Shown: piece by piece, positions 1-7,867 of the stretch
Position numbering within the stretch: position 1 is the first letter of the stretch
Layout: every line of letters starts with the position of its first letter
UHGV virus genome: UHGV-1800104
DNA: 25,476 nt
Reading direction: 5' to 3' (one strand)
Source: a virus
Made by a program: the position numbers and the translations under genes
The notes under the pieces: generated by a model
Told to the model about the DNA's origin: nothing
Database searches by the model: none
What the model saw: only the letters and a program-made list of their open reading frames with translations

Positions 1-184
1 ACTGGCCTTTATAGTCCTGGGCGATCCCGAAGTTCAGGCAGATAGATTTCGCATGACCAATATGCAGATAGCCATTCGGTTCCGGCGGGAAACGGGTATG
101 TACTGTGGTGTGCTTACCACTGGCCAGATCTTCATCGATGATCTGACGAATAAAGTTAGTCGGGCGGGCTTCTGCCTCACTCAT
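1..184 (-). CDS. glnS: glutaminyl-tRNA synthetase, N-terminal 61 codons; gene continues past the window start
   Basis: Minus-strand translation from ATG at 184..182 reads [61 protein letters not shown], which I recognise as the enterobacterial GlnRS N-terminus with the class I HIGH motif. Absent from the ORF track because there is no stop inside the window. Confidence 0.9.
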
Positions 185-352
185 TGTGGATTCCTCAAAG
201 CGTAAACAACGTATAACAGCGTATGATCTTATAAGCCGAATAGGCTGACAACCACTAGTTGATTAGAAATTGCTTTCTATCGTTATTTCAATAATGAGCT
301 TTTTCATGAAGCCCACTTTTGCGCATAAGTAAATTAATGATAAATGGTACAC

Positions 353-420
353 AATTGGAACCAAAAAGGATGTAAAGGTGCACCAAATTAGTGGTGTATT
401 GGTACACCTTTGGTTCAAGA
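353..420. promoter_or_regulatory. nested imperfect palindrome (ttggaaccaaa...tttggttcaag, with inner ggtgcaccaaat / attggtacacc) between glnS and the partition genes; candidate protein-binding site or bidirectional terminator
   Basis: Inverted repeats are visible by eye. The 11-mer aattggaacca recurs at 1538..1548 upstream of parA, and the 13-mer aaaaggatgtaaa recurs at 4344..4356 upstream of the spanin genes. Confidence 0.3.
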
Positions 421-452
421 CTTTTTAAGTTCTAAAACCAACCTGAAAGACT

Positions 453-740
453 TTATTTTGCTTCCTCAGACTCCGCTAACATGAGGATAGCATGGCGGAT
501 CATATTCAATTTGCTGCGATTATGCTTTTTACTTAACGCATCAAGTACTTGGTACTCGTATTCATTGAAACCAACACGAATAGATTTAAAATCACGTGGA
601 GCGTCCTTATCGAGCACTTTGTTGTCTTCTGGTTGCTCACCCGGCACCAAATCAGCCTTACTGGCAAAATCCTCAATTCGGCGTTCAAGATCGGGGTCTT
701 TTACTTCGGGGGCTTTTACCGATTTACGAGGCTTAATCAC
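453..740 (-). CDS. small partition partner protein (ParG/ParB-like, putative centromere-binding), 95 aa
   Basis: GTG start at 740 overlaps the last codons of the upstream ParA gene and is preceded by AAGGAG about 7 nt upstream on the coding strand. Small charged protein directly downstream of a Walker-type ParA, the usual type Ib arrangement. No specific motif recognised. Confidence 0.5.
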   Translation of the reverse strand: MIKPRKSVKAPEVKDPDLERRIEDFASKADLVPGEQPEDNKVLDKDAPRDFKSIRVGFNEYEYQVLDALSKKHNRSKLNMIRHAILMLAESEEAK

Positions 741-1374
741 TTAATAACTCCTTAACCAACATCTGGATTTCACCTTTAGCTTTCCCGTTGTCCATCTCAA
801 CAACGCCCTTCCCTTCAGCCATGCAATCGCGGTAAACCTTACGATCACGAATGATGGTTTTCAGCAACTTCAGTTGCGGATATTCAGCCAGGTACTCTTT
901 GGCCTCATTAGTTTCATTCACAACCGGATTGGATGGGGCCATTGTTAAGACTGCGAACGCCTTAATGCTAGGATTAGGCATCAGGTCCAAAGCCTCTTCA
1001 AACACTTCAACAAAGTGTGCCAGCGTGTCTAAATCTGGTTGAGATGGTCTGAATGGGACCAACACAATATCTGCAGCGGTTATGCCTGTACGCATCTCTT
1101 TGCTATCGCGCCCGGCTGTATCAACAACTACAAATTCATAACGCTTATCCAGATCGAGAAGTGTTTCTCGAATATTACCAAACTTCTGGACACAATGAAT
1201 TACAGGAGAAACCTCTGCCGTGTTACGGTCAGCTGCCCAGCGGGCAGCTGTTCCTTGCTTGTCTGCATCTAGTAACACTACATCCTTATTTGCGCGGGCA
1301 AGCTCCGCACAGATGTTTACGCTTGTGGTTGATTTTCCACAGCCACCTTTTTGGCTGACTACCAATATAATCAT
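733..1374 (-). CDS. parA: ParA/ParF-family partition ATPase (type Ib, deviant Walker A)
   Basis: MIILVVSQKGGCGKSTTSVNICAELA... carries the KGGxGK[ST] deviant Walker A at the extreme N-terminus, and LLDADKQG follows. I place the start at ATG 1374 (GAGG about 7 nt upstream) rather than the TTG at 1404 given in the ORF track. Confidence 0.85.
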   Translation of the reverse strand: MIILVVSQKGGCGKSTTSVNICAELARANKDVVLLDADKQGTAARWAADRNTAEVSPVIHCVQKFGNIRETLLDLDKRYEFVVVDTAGRDSKEMRTGITAADIVLVPFRPSQPDLDTLAHFVEVFEEALDLMPNPSIKAFAVLTMAPSNPVVNETNEAKEYLAEYPQLKLLKTIIRDRKVYRDCMAEGKGVVEMDNGKAKGEIQMLVKELLSD

Positions 1375-1618
1375 ATCCGTTCCTCGGTGTGATTTTGGTA
1401 TCAAAACGGTTCCAGATAAGAGCCTTTTTGATGCGGGACAGGCTCTATAATGGAGTCATGAATGTTTGGCAAAGTATAACATCAATCAGACCAAATACAC
1501 CTTATATTGCATCCTATTTAACACGAAATCAGCCCTAAATTGGAACCAGATACAAAATTGCACCATAACAGCACCTAACTGGTGCCAGATTAACACTAAT
1601 TAGACACCATTAAGGCAT

Positions 1619-1641
1619 AAAAAAGGCTGCAATTTGCAGCC
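1619..1641 (-). terminator. intrinsic terminator downstream of parR
   Basis: Perfect 7-bp stem GGCTGCA/TGCAGCC with a 3-nt loop, followed on the minus strand by a run of six T, about 20 nt past the parR stop. Confidence 0.6.
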
Positions 1642-1661
1642 TTAAACCAGCACATCTTCTG

Positions 1662-2006
1662 TCAATCAGGTAGAGAGTCAGCCAGATTGCGCGCCGACGC
1701 GCTTTTGGCAACAACTTGCTCCTTCACTGGCTCAATGGAGGCAGGGCGCTCCTCAACCGCAGCTGGTAGTTCCAGGAAGGATGCCAGCATTTTTCGGATC
1801 AGCTCCGGGTTATTGTCTTCGGTCAGCAGGGAAGCCAGTAATCCTGGAAGCCTGCTATCGACTTCTCCCAGCGCAAGCCCTGCCAACAATGCGGTTCTTG
1901 CCATATCGCTATGTTTTTTTATCTTCTCGCTCGCCGCCTTTTCATTGGCATAAGCCTCTGGGCGAAGATAAATCATCACTTTCTTACGTTCCTGAGACAT
2001 GGACAT
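1662..2006 (-). CDS. parR: ParR-like centromere-binding adaptor of a type II (ParMR) partition system
   Basis: Sits immediately downstream of parM in the same orientation. Segments RTALLAGLAL and LLASLLTED...ML match my recollection of R1 ParR (RAALTAGLAL, FLLCELLTKE). Start may be the ATG at 2006 or the one at 2000. Confidence 0.7.
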   Translation of the reverse strand: MSMSQERKKVMIYLRPEAYANEKAASEKIKKHSDMARTALLAGLALGEVDSRLPGLLASLLTEDNNPELIRKMLASFLELPAAVEERPASIEPVKEQVVAKSASARNLADSLPD

Positions 2007-2013
2007 TACCTCG

Positions 2014-2970
2014 TTAACCGATTGCTTTCAGGCCATGAACAAGAGCAAGTTGCGGGTCATCCGCCACGAAGAAACGGTCATCACGAATATTAACTTGCTC
2101 GCGAATTGCATCTGCCACCAGCGGTGCACCACCACCGATCACCATGACATGCGTATATCCTTTAAAGTCGCCAATCACATCAAGAACTCGGGTACGCAGA
2201 CGGTCAATGCTTGCGGCAATGGCCTTTTTCACATCACCAATCGCTGATGGGTCATTGATATTGTCGTTCAGATAATCTTCATCGTGGCGGTTAATAATGA
2301 GCTGATCAACATTGTAATTTGACGTTTCGGTATTGGCCCTTGCAAGTGCTTGCCTTACTTCCCTGGTGACCAGTGATACACCAAGATTCGAATCGCCAAA
2401 AACACGGGAAACTGCCGTCATTTGCCCGGCGACCATTGAAACATCAAGGGTAGTTCCACCCAAATCGATGATAAGAACAGAATGGGCAGGGTTCAGATTG
2501 TCGCACAGGCCAATTCCTGCCGGAATAGACTCCGGTCGTACCGTAACTTTCTTAATCGTGAACACATTGCCTTTATTCAGCGTGACGGGGCGCATAAGGC
2601 TGGCTTTCTTGCGCTCGATGTTATCGAGATTGTATTGCGCGTCGTCGTCGTAAAACTCCGCCAGAGGCAGCGTGACCACAATTTCTACTTCCTGCGGCTC
2701 AATACCGCTTGTCAGCAGGGCATGGTGAACAGCCAGGACGTTAAGCGGGCTGTATTGCCATTCCACGTTATTCGTCGGCAGAACATCTGGCGAGATCAAA
2801 TCATACGAATACTTCTCGTCGTCAATGACATAGTTAAACGGCTTGCCAGCACCAAATGTTGCTGACCATCCGCGCTTAAAGCTGTTAGGACTGATGTGAG
2901 TGCGAGTTTCCCCGTCGTGCTCCCACAGCATTTTGATATTGGTTGAACCATCATCGATAAAAATGCGCAT
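2014..2970 (-). CDS. parM: ParM/StbA actin-like plasmid segregation ATPase
   Basis: MRIFIDDGSTNIKMLWEHDG...HISPNSFKRGW...AVHHALLTSG...IIDLGGTTLDVS...YTHVMVIGGGA tracks R1 ParM closely along its whole length. Start placed at ATG 2970 (GGAG about 7 nt upstream) instead of 2994. Confidence 0.9.
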   Translation of the reverse strand: MRIFIDDGSTNIKMLWEHDGETRTHISPNSFKRGWSATFGAGKPFNYVIDDEKYSYDLISPDVLPTNNVEWQYSPLNVLAVHHALLTSGIEPQEVEIVVTLPLAEFYDDDAQYNLDNIERKKASLMRPVTLNKGNVFTIKKVTVRPESIPAGIGLCDNLNPAHSVLIIDLGGTTLDVSMVAGQMTAVSRVFGDSNLGVSLVTREVRQALARANTETSNYNVDQLIINRHDEDYLNDNINDPSAIGDVKKAIAASIDRLRTRVLDVIGDFKGYTHVMVIGGGAPLVADAIREQVNIRDDRFFVADDPQLALVHGLKAIG

Positions 2971-2994
2971 CTTCTTGCTCCACTTCTGAGACAC

Positions 2995-3200
2995 ATTTGA
3001 GAATCAAAATGTAATTTTAAAAGAGAAGCACCCAAAAATCCACACCAAACGAGACAAAAAAGAGCGCTTGTTGAGTTTATTTTGAGAATATCTTAATCAC
3101 CCACTGAATGATGGCCTGATAGTGAGATTTATTTGAGAATGAATTGAGAATACAAAAATATTCCGAAATTTAACTCTCCGTTTGAATGACGAAATAACAA
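2995..3200. promoter_or_regulatory. parC-like centromere/promoter region with repeated TTGAGAAT motifs, also holding the divergent promoter for the forward operon
   Basis: Exact TTGAGAAT at 2997, 3082, 3133 and 3144, with variants at 3071 and 3182. Pairs are spaced 11 bp apart (3071/3082, 3133/3144), i.e. one helical turn, as in R1 parC iterons. Confidence 0.4.
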
Positions 3201-3236
3201 AGTGATGACAATAGGAGGATAACCAGGAGGTGAAGA

Positions 3237-3521
3237 ATGAGCGCAATAGCCACCAGCGACACCCTTTGTTCTGGTCACGGAGGATTTCCGCCGCGACTGG
3301 TAGCTGAAACCGTTCCCTGGTTCACCGTTAACGGTAAGCCAGTTGTTGTAGATGGTGCCATGTTTCCCAGTCACACTGACGGTAACAGTGCACACCCAGG
3401 GGCAGCTGTATCGACGCGAGTATGGTTTTCGATAGGTGGAAAGGGAGTTGTCTGTGTAGGCGATCCGCTTTCTTGTGGTTCTGTTATCGCCAACGGCGAG
3501 GATATTTTTCAGGTTGCATAA
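3237..3521 (+). CDS. PAAR-like small protein (possible spike-tip protein), 94 aa
   Basis: Strong RBS GGAGG about 5 nt upstream. Contains NGKPVVVDG and VCVGDPLSCGSVIANG, resembling the xARVGD...C...G and G.PTV.I.G elements of PAAR proteins, although no literal PAAR tetrapeptide is present. Confidence 0.4.
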   Translation: MSAIATSDTLCSGHGGFPPRLVAETVPWFTVNGKPVVVDGAMFPSHTDGNSAHPGAAVSTRVWFSIGGKGVVCVGDPLSCGSVIANGEDIFQVA

Positions 3522-4324
3522 TGCTTGATTCAATAGGTGAAGTTAAAGCCTTCAAAATTCTGTCAGATGCCGGTATCTCTACACCAGAATCTATAACCAT
3601 AAGCCGGGCAGCTTCTGTAAAAGCCTCATCGCTCGCCAGCGCCATACAGGGAATAGTTCACGCCGATAAAACCTATCCTGATTCTGTTTCGGCCTGGACT
3701 ACTCAATTGCTTGGCTTTTCTGAACAGCTCAATGAGGCCAGCAAAGCGTCTTCATTACTGGCTGATTCTCTTTCCCCATACACCAAGCCATCAGAGCTGT
3801 TACAGATGAAGATTGGCTGGGAATGCTACGCAAAAGGTAACGAGCTGACCCCCATACCTGCTTTCGCCCTTGTTGAGGGAATGGGGAATGTTTCCATTCC
3901 GCAATCTCTAACGGACGCATTGACGGCGCTAAAACTTGATGCTCTGAAAACCGCCATGAACGCCATTAACGCAAAAATTGAAGCTGCCGGAAGTGCTGGT
4001 GGTGATAGCAATGGTGGGCAGGGTGGTACTGGGGGCGCTCAGGCTCCAGTCATTACTCAGGATGAAATTGATGCTTTACGGGAAGCAGTGACAGCCGCCG
4101 AAGTTTTACTCTCCGAAATTAACTCAGCAAGTGAGAGTGTCGTAGCCCTTGCAGGTCGCATTAAAACGTCAACCACTCAGGCAACCAAAGGTTTAGAGAA
4201 CGCTGTCGCCATCACGTTAACTGGTTCTCTACTGGATGATGCAGTAATGAGTCCGGCAATCAGTTTAATCATGCCACAAGGCGTTATCGACGCGCTCCAA
4301 ACGAACACCAAAAAGGAACCATAG
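3521..4324 (+). CDS. hypothetical protein, 267 aa, translationally coupled to the PAAR-like gene
   Basis: ATG at 3521 overlaps the upstream TAA (TAATG). Ala/Ser/Gly-rich with a GGDSNGGQGGTGG linker. No holin or endolysin motif recognised. The track's 3422 start would overlap the upstream gene by about 100 nt. Confidence 0.6.
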   Translation: MLDSIGEVKAFKILSDAGISTPESITISRAASVKASSLASAIQGIVHADKTYPDSVSAWTTQLLGFSEQLNEASKASSLLADSLSPYTKPSELLQMKIGWECYAKGNELTPIPAFALVEGMGNVSIPQSLTDALTALKLDALKTAMNAINAKIEAAGSAGGDSNGGQGGTGGAQAPVITQDEIDALREAVTAAEVLLSEINSASESVVALAGRIKTSTTQATKGLENAVAITLTGSLLDDAVMSPAISLIMPQGVIDALQTNTKKEP

Positions 4325-4382
4325 CAACACCACTTAGGAACACAAAAGGATGTAAATTGGTACATGTTTAACACCAAAAAAA

Positions 4383-4856
4383 ATGAACCTGAAGAGGATG
4401 GTTTTGAAAAAGATAATTTTGATTGTAATTGCGCTTTTAGCCATTTCTGGAATTTACCGAACAACGACGGCAGTTATCGAACACATCAGGTATGTCCGAT
4501 CGCTTGAAGACTCAAAATCACAACTGGAAAGCACGAACAACACGCTTTCTACCGCATTACAGTTAAGTGAGAACGCTCGCTCAGCCATGCTGACCGAAAA
4601 CGAAAGAATTAAAGCACTGGAAAAGGAGTACCAGCGCAAAACAGCAGAACTGAATGCCAACCTAATCAAACAACGGGAGGAAAGCCAGAATGAAATCACT
4701 CGCCTTGAAAATGCGTTACGCCGTGCTGGGATTAACGATGTGCGTGTGCCTGATGACGTTATCAGGATGCAGCGGGAACGGGCAAAAGCCATCAACCAGC
4801 GTGCCAGTGAAAATTACCGTAGAAGCCACCAGCAAGCCGCAGGCAAATCTGATTGA
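4383..4856 (+). CDS. Rz-like i-spanin (inner-membrane spanin)
   Basis: N-terminal transmembrane segment KKIILIVIALLAISGIY followed by a long charged, coiled-coil-like periplasmic region; an overlapping lipoprotein gene lies in another frame at its 3' end. Start could be 4383 or 4398. Confidence 0.7.
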   Translation: MNLKRMVLKKIILIVIALLAISGIYRTTTAVIEHIRYVRSLEDSKSQLESTNNTLSTALQLSENARSAMLTENERIKALEKEYQRKTAELNANLIKQREESQNEITRLENALRRAGINDVRVPDDVIRMQRERAKAINQRASENYRRSHQQAAGKSD

Positions 4857-5022
4857 TTACTCCCCTTGTTTAGTGCCAGAAGACACGCCAGTGCTGTTAA
4901 ACAAGTATCCGACATACGCTGAACAGCTATTCAGCACGATCGACGAATGCAACCAACGAAACGCACTGAATAACCAAAGAAACAGGGAGATTTGGGAAGG
5001 GAAGGGGGATCAAGGCTCCTGA
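4690..5022 (+). CDS. Rz1-like o-spanin (outer-membrane lipoprotein), overlapping the 3' end of the i-spanin gene out of frame
   Basis: MKSLALKMRYAVLGLTMCVCLMTLSGC gives a positive n-region, hydrophobic h-region and an LSGC lipobox; the mature part is Pro-rich. GGGAGG lies about 9 nt upstream of the ATG at 4690. Confidence 0.7.
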   Translation: MKSLALKMRYAVLGLTMCVCLMTLSGCSGNGQKPSTSVPVKITVEATSKPQANLIDYSPCLVPEDTPVLLNKYPTYAEQLFSTIDECNQRNALNNQRNREIWEGKGDQGS

Positions 5023-5468
5023 AGCCAGATGTCCTGGCTGTCAGCTTCTTCGAAACCGTGACAGACGTTAAAGTCACTCAAACGATACTGACGCTGACGG
5101 CCCCTATTTCGCTCATGCCAATGCATATATCCACCAGCAAATGCCAGCGGACAATCGCTATAGTCTATGTAACCAATACCATTCCCCAAACGTGCTTCGC
5201 GCGCACCAGCTTTCCAGGACAGTAGAAAAGAGTCACGATCCGCCAGCATAACAACAAAATCGTCCGGATCTCCGATACAGTGAAGAATACCTGCCTTACA
5301 TAACTGCTTGAGCGCTTTTGACTGGCTCAGGATGTCTTCTCCGTAATACTGAAAACAATCATCAACAACAGCGGGATAGCCTGCCGGGGGATTCAGGCTG
5401 GTTGGTATAGCTGACGCGATCGCCAGCATTAAGCGATATTGTGTTTTTGATGGGTTAACGTGACTCAT
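5010..5468 (-). CDS. hypothetical protein, 152 aa (second gene of an opposite-strand cassette)
   Basis: Intact ORF with AAGGGA about 4 nt upstream, 16 nt downstream of the preceding minus-strand ORF; no family recognised. Its 3' end overlaps the o-spanin 3' end convergently. Confidence 0.55.
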   Translation of the reverse strand: MSHVNPSKTQYRLMLAIASAIPTSLNPPAGYPAVVDDCFQYYGEDILSQSKALKQLCKAGILHCIGDPDDFVVMLADRDSFLLSWKAGAREARLGNGIGYIDYSDCPLAFAGGYMHWHERNRGRQRQYRLSDFNVCHGFEEADSQDIWLQEP

Positions 5469-5484
5469 TTTGTCCCTTGTTTAC

Positions 5485-5877
5485 TCATTGTCGCCATGCA
5501 TTTTTTAACTCAGGAATATCTGCCATTTCAATTAACTTGCGAAGTCCAGCACTGACTTTCCCATTGCCAACCATAGCAAGCCAATCTCTTACAGCTTTCG
5601 GCATGTAGAGCGTTGCAGTTACCGGCTCTTCAACCCTGGCAGGACATCCGCATACAGGCCATTTAATTGATTCCATAACTTCGGATGCCGGGGTGAGGGC
5701 GGGGACATTGAGTATATCTCTACCAGAAAACTGGATAACGATCCGTTCAGCGAGCGAGAGTATCTCACTTTCGGCAAGAATTGATGCCAACTGCGCCTCA
5801 ACAAGAAAGCGACTTGTTGTGTTCAGAGAGTGGCTCTTAGCGCCATTTTTATACGAAACAAAGATTCGATACGCCAT
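5485..5877 (-). CDS. hypothetical protein, 130 aa (first gene of an opposite-strand cassette); C-terminal segment may be DNA-binding
   Basis: Intact ORF reading away from an AT-rich intergenic region (5878..6035). C-terminal PKAVRDWLAMVGNGKVSAGLRKLIEMA has a helix-turn-helix-like look, which is weak evidence. Confidence 0.5.
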   Translation of the reverse strand: MAYRIFVSYKNGAKSHSLNTTSRFLVEAQLASILAESEILSLAERIVIQFSGRDILNVPALTPASEVMESIKWPVCGCPARVEEPVTATLYMPKAVRDWLAMVGNGKVSAGLRKLIEMADIPELKNAWRQ

Positions 5878-6035
5878 AACTCTAATGATTTGTGTTAGAA
5901 AACTAAAATTAAATCACATAACAACATGCGTGTTAATAGATTTTATTTTACTAAACCTATTGACTAAATCACAAAGTAGGTATTGTTAGCCCGTCAAAAG
6001 AACCTTCACGCCGCGCCCGAATTTAGGGCTTAACC

Positions 6036-7733
6036 GTGAATAAAAACATTCAGCCAGCTCGTGATCGCGAGCGCGAGATTATGAATCGGGCGGCAAGCGT
6101 CATGGCTATGACCGTCGATCCGACCACCGATGCAGCAGGCAACATGATTGCTGACCAGGCAGTAATGATGGAAAACCTGGATAAAGCAATCCAGAAAGTG
6201 CCTATGTTTGAAGGCGTAAATCCAGAGGTCGCTCGTCAGATCACTGGTGGGTGGGCTATGTCTCTGCATGAGTATAAACGTCAACATGGTCATTACCCGG
6301 CAAGTGACATCCTGGCGAACGCACACATGGCTCTTGAACGCCTGATGACTGAATGTGCCAGTGATACCCATGAAGGCACGGGTAAGGCAATGTTTGAGTC
6401 TGTCGCGCAATCAATGCGTAGCTCTGACGGCGTAATGAAAGTTGCTCAATATGCTGCTCTAATTCTGCCTGCCTCTCTGGGCGCTGCTACCAGTGATGCC
6501 TGTACTTTTGTTCCTTGTGATCGTGACGAGTCAAATATTTATGAACTGGTCAACGTAGCAGGCACAAAATTCGGCACCTTCAAACAAGGTGACGAACTGA
6601 ATATGCAGTCAGCTGGTGTTTATTCTCAAATGAAGCGCCTGTATACCCTTTCCACTAAAGGGGATGGCAGCACCAAAACCTTCCAGTTCGACATCCAAAA
6701 TTTTGAGGGACAATCCTGCCCGCTTCGCGCTGGTTATAACAAACTGCTGATCAACCGCAAACCGTCCAAAGTTGACGACGGCGATGGCAACCTTTATTTC
6801 AATGCTAAAGACAGCAAAGGTAATGCTTTCTCAGCGACTGCCAAAGTTGCCTATGACACTGGTGTCATTGACATTACATTTACCCAGGCTCCGCCAGAAG
6901 GTACTGAAATTGCTGTTCAGGTCGAAATTAACATCGAGCGCAATCCAAGCCTGATTCCTGTGATCAACCAGGCTATGCGTAAGTACGAAGTTCGTCCGTC
7001 CCAGTACGTAATTGCTTCCGAACACACGGTAATGTCCGCATCCGATTTAAGCCGTGAGCACGGCCTTGAATTAGCGGCACTTCAGTTCTCCGCGATGCGT
7101 AACTGGATCTCCCATGAAACCGACATCATGCGTCTGCGCACCCTGGTATTCCATACCGTTTATGGTCGTGAATTTGATGTGGCTCTGCCGGAAGCTCAAA
7201 ACTATGAGTCCTGGGTCGGCCTCCTGCGTCACGTAGTAAACGCTCTGTCTCAGGAAATGGCAAATCGTACCCTGACAACGGGGATTCGTGGCGGCTTTGC
7301 TGGTGGTGACGCCGCGAACTTCCTGCGCTCTCTGCCTCCACAGCACTTCCAGATCGCACCAGGTTACGTTCAGTCGCCGTATGTACAGTACATCGGCACC
7401 CTGTTTGGCACGATTCGTATTTACGAAGTGCCGCAACCTGTCTGTGAGCAATTCCAGGCACAGGGATATGACTTCGGGCTGGATGACATCTTCTTCTATG
7501 GGCGTGGCGAAGGCATCGGTAAAGCCGGTCTGATTGCTGGTGATGCAGTCCCAGCAATCCCTTACGTGCACGAAACCAATCCGTCTCTCGTTAACCGTAC
7601 CACTCTCTGGGGCAGTGCCATCAACGAAGTGCATCCTCGCAACGGTGAAAACTACTTCACCCGCCTGCGTCTGACTCGTGCCAAAGAAGGTGCTATCGAC
7701 ATGCTGACAGGCAAGGTTAACGAAAAAAAGTGA
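6036..7733 (+). CDS. major virion protein, 565 aa; putative major capsid protein with a charged N-terminal delta-like region
   Basis: Long ORF at the head of the forward structural block, just upstream of an Ig-like protein gene and the sheath gene. Charged, helix-prone N-terminus. Start is GTG 6036 (AGGG upstream) or ATG 6081. The capsid assignment is by position and size only. Confidence 0.35.
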   Translation: MNKNIQPARDREREIMNRAASVMAMTVDPTTDAAGNMIADQAVMMENLDKAIQKVPMFEGVNPEVARQITGGWAMSLHEYKRQHGHYPASDILANAHMALERLMTECASDTHEGTGKAMFESVAQSMRSSDGVMKVAQYAALILPASLGAATSDACTFVPCDRDESNIYELVNVAGTKFGTFKQGDELNMQSAGVYSQMKRLYTLSTKGDGSTKTFQFDIQNFEGQSCPLRAGYNKLLINRKPSKVDDGDGNLYFNAKDSKGNAFSATAKVAYDTGVIDITFTQAPPEGTEIAVQVEINIERNPSLIPVINQAMRKYEVRPSQYVIASEHTVMSASDLSREHGLELAALQFSAMRNWISHETDIMRLRTLVFHTVYGREFDVALPEAQNYESWVGLLRHVVNALSQEMANRTLTTGIRGGFAGGDAANFLRSLPPQHFQIAPGYVQSPYVQYIGTLFGTIRIYEVPQPVCEQFQAQGYDFGLDDIFFYGRGEGIGKAGLIAGDAVPAIPYVHETNPSLVNRTTLWGSAINEVHPRNGENYFTRLRLTRAKEGAIDMLTGKVNEKK

Positions 7734-7846
7734 TGGTGGCGAACGTGTCGGTATCACCAACGTCACTTGACGTAGATGAAGGTGAAACTATCGCCGCGAA
7801 CACTTCAAAGGCACAGAAAAAAACAAAGCAGAAGTAAGGCAAAAAC

Positions 7847-7867
7847 ACGCCCCTGAATAAGGGGCGT
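7847..7867. other. GC-rich stem-loop between the 565-aa gene and the Ig-like gene
   Basis: ACGCCCC / GGGGCGT 7-bp stem with loop TGAATAA. A run of five A precedes it, so on the minus strand it would read as hairpin plus T-run. Confidence 0.35.

Noticed and set aside
378-408. Possible XerCD dif/cer-like recombination site in the palindrome near the glnS junction
   Set aside because: Only the left arm (GGTGCACCAAA) loosely resembles a XerC-binding arm as I recall it; the right arm does not match, so I do not call a dif-like site.
185-452. Search for a tRNA gene, integrase or attachment-site direct repeat at the chromosome junction
   Set aside because: No tRNA-like cloverleaf sequence or integrase ORF is visible in this interval; the junction cannot be resolved from this window alone.
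3422-3520. Upstream in-frame start (3422) for the 267-aa ORF as listed in the ORF track
   Set aside because: It would overlap the PAAR-like gene by about 100 nt in another frame; the ATG at 3521 overlapping the upstream stop (TAATG) is the more plausible coupled start.
3129-3533. 134-aa minus-strand ORF overlapping the PAAR-like gene
   Set aside because: It fully overlaps a forward ORF that has a strong GGAGG RBS and recognisable motifs; the antisense frame has no comparable support.
6030-7766. Minus-strand ORFs (126 to 231 aa) overlapping the 565-aa forward gene
   Set aside because: Antisense to a long, continuous forward ORF at the head of a co-oriented structural operon; no independent signals.
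7733-7837. 34-aa ORF overlapping the stop of the 565-aa gene
   Set aside because: Too short and without an RBS to call as a gene; kept only as part of the Ig-fragment observation.
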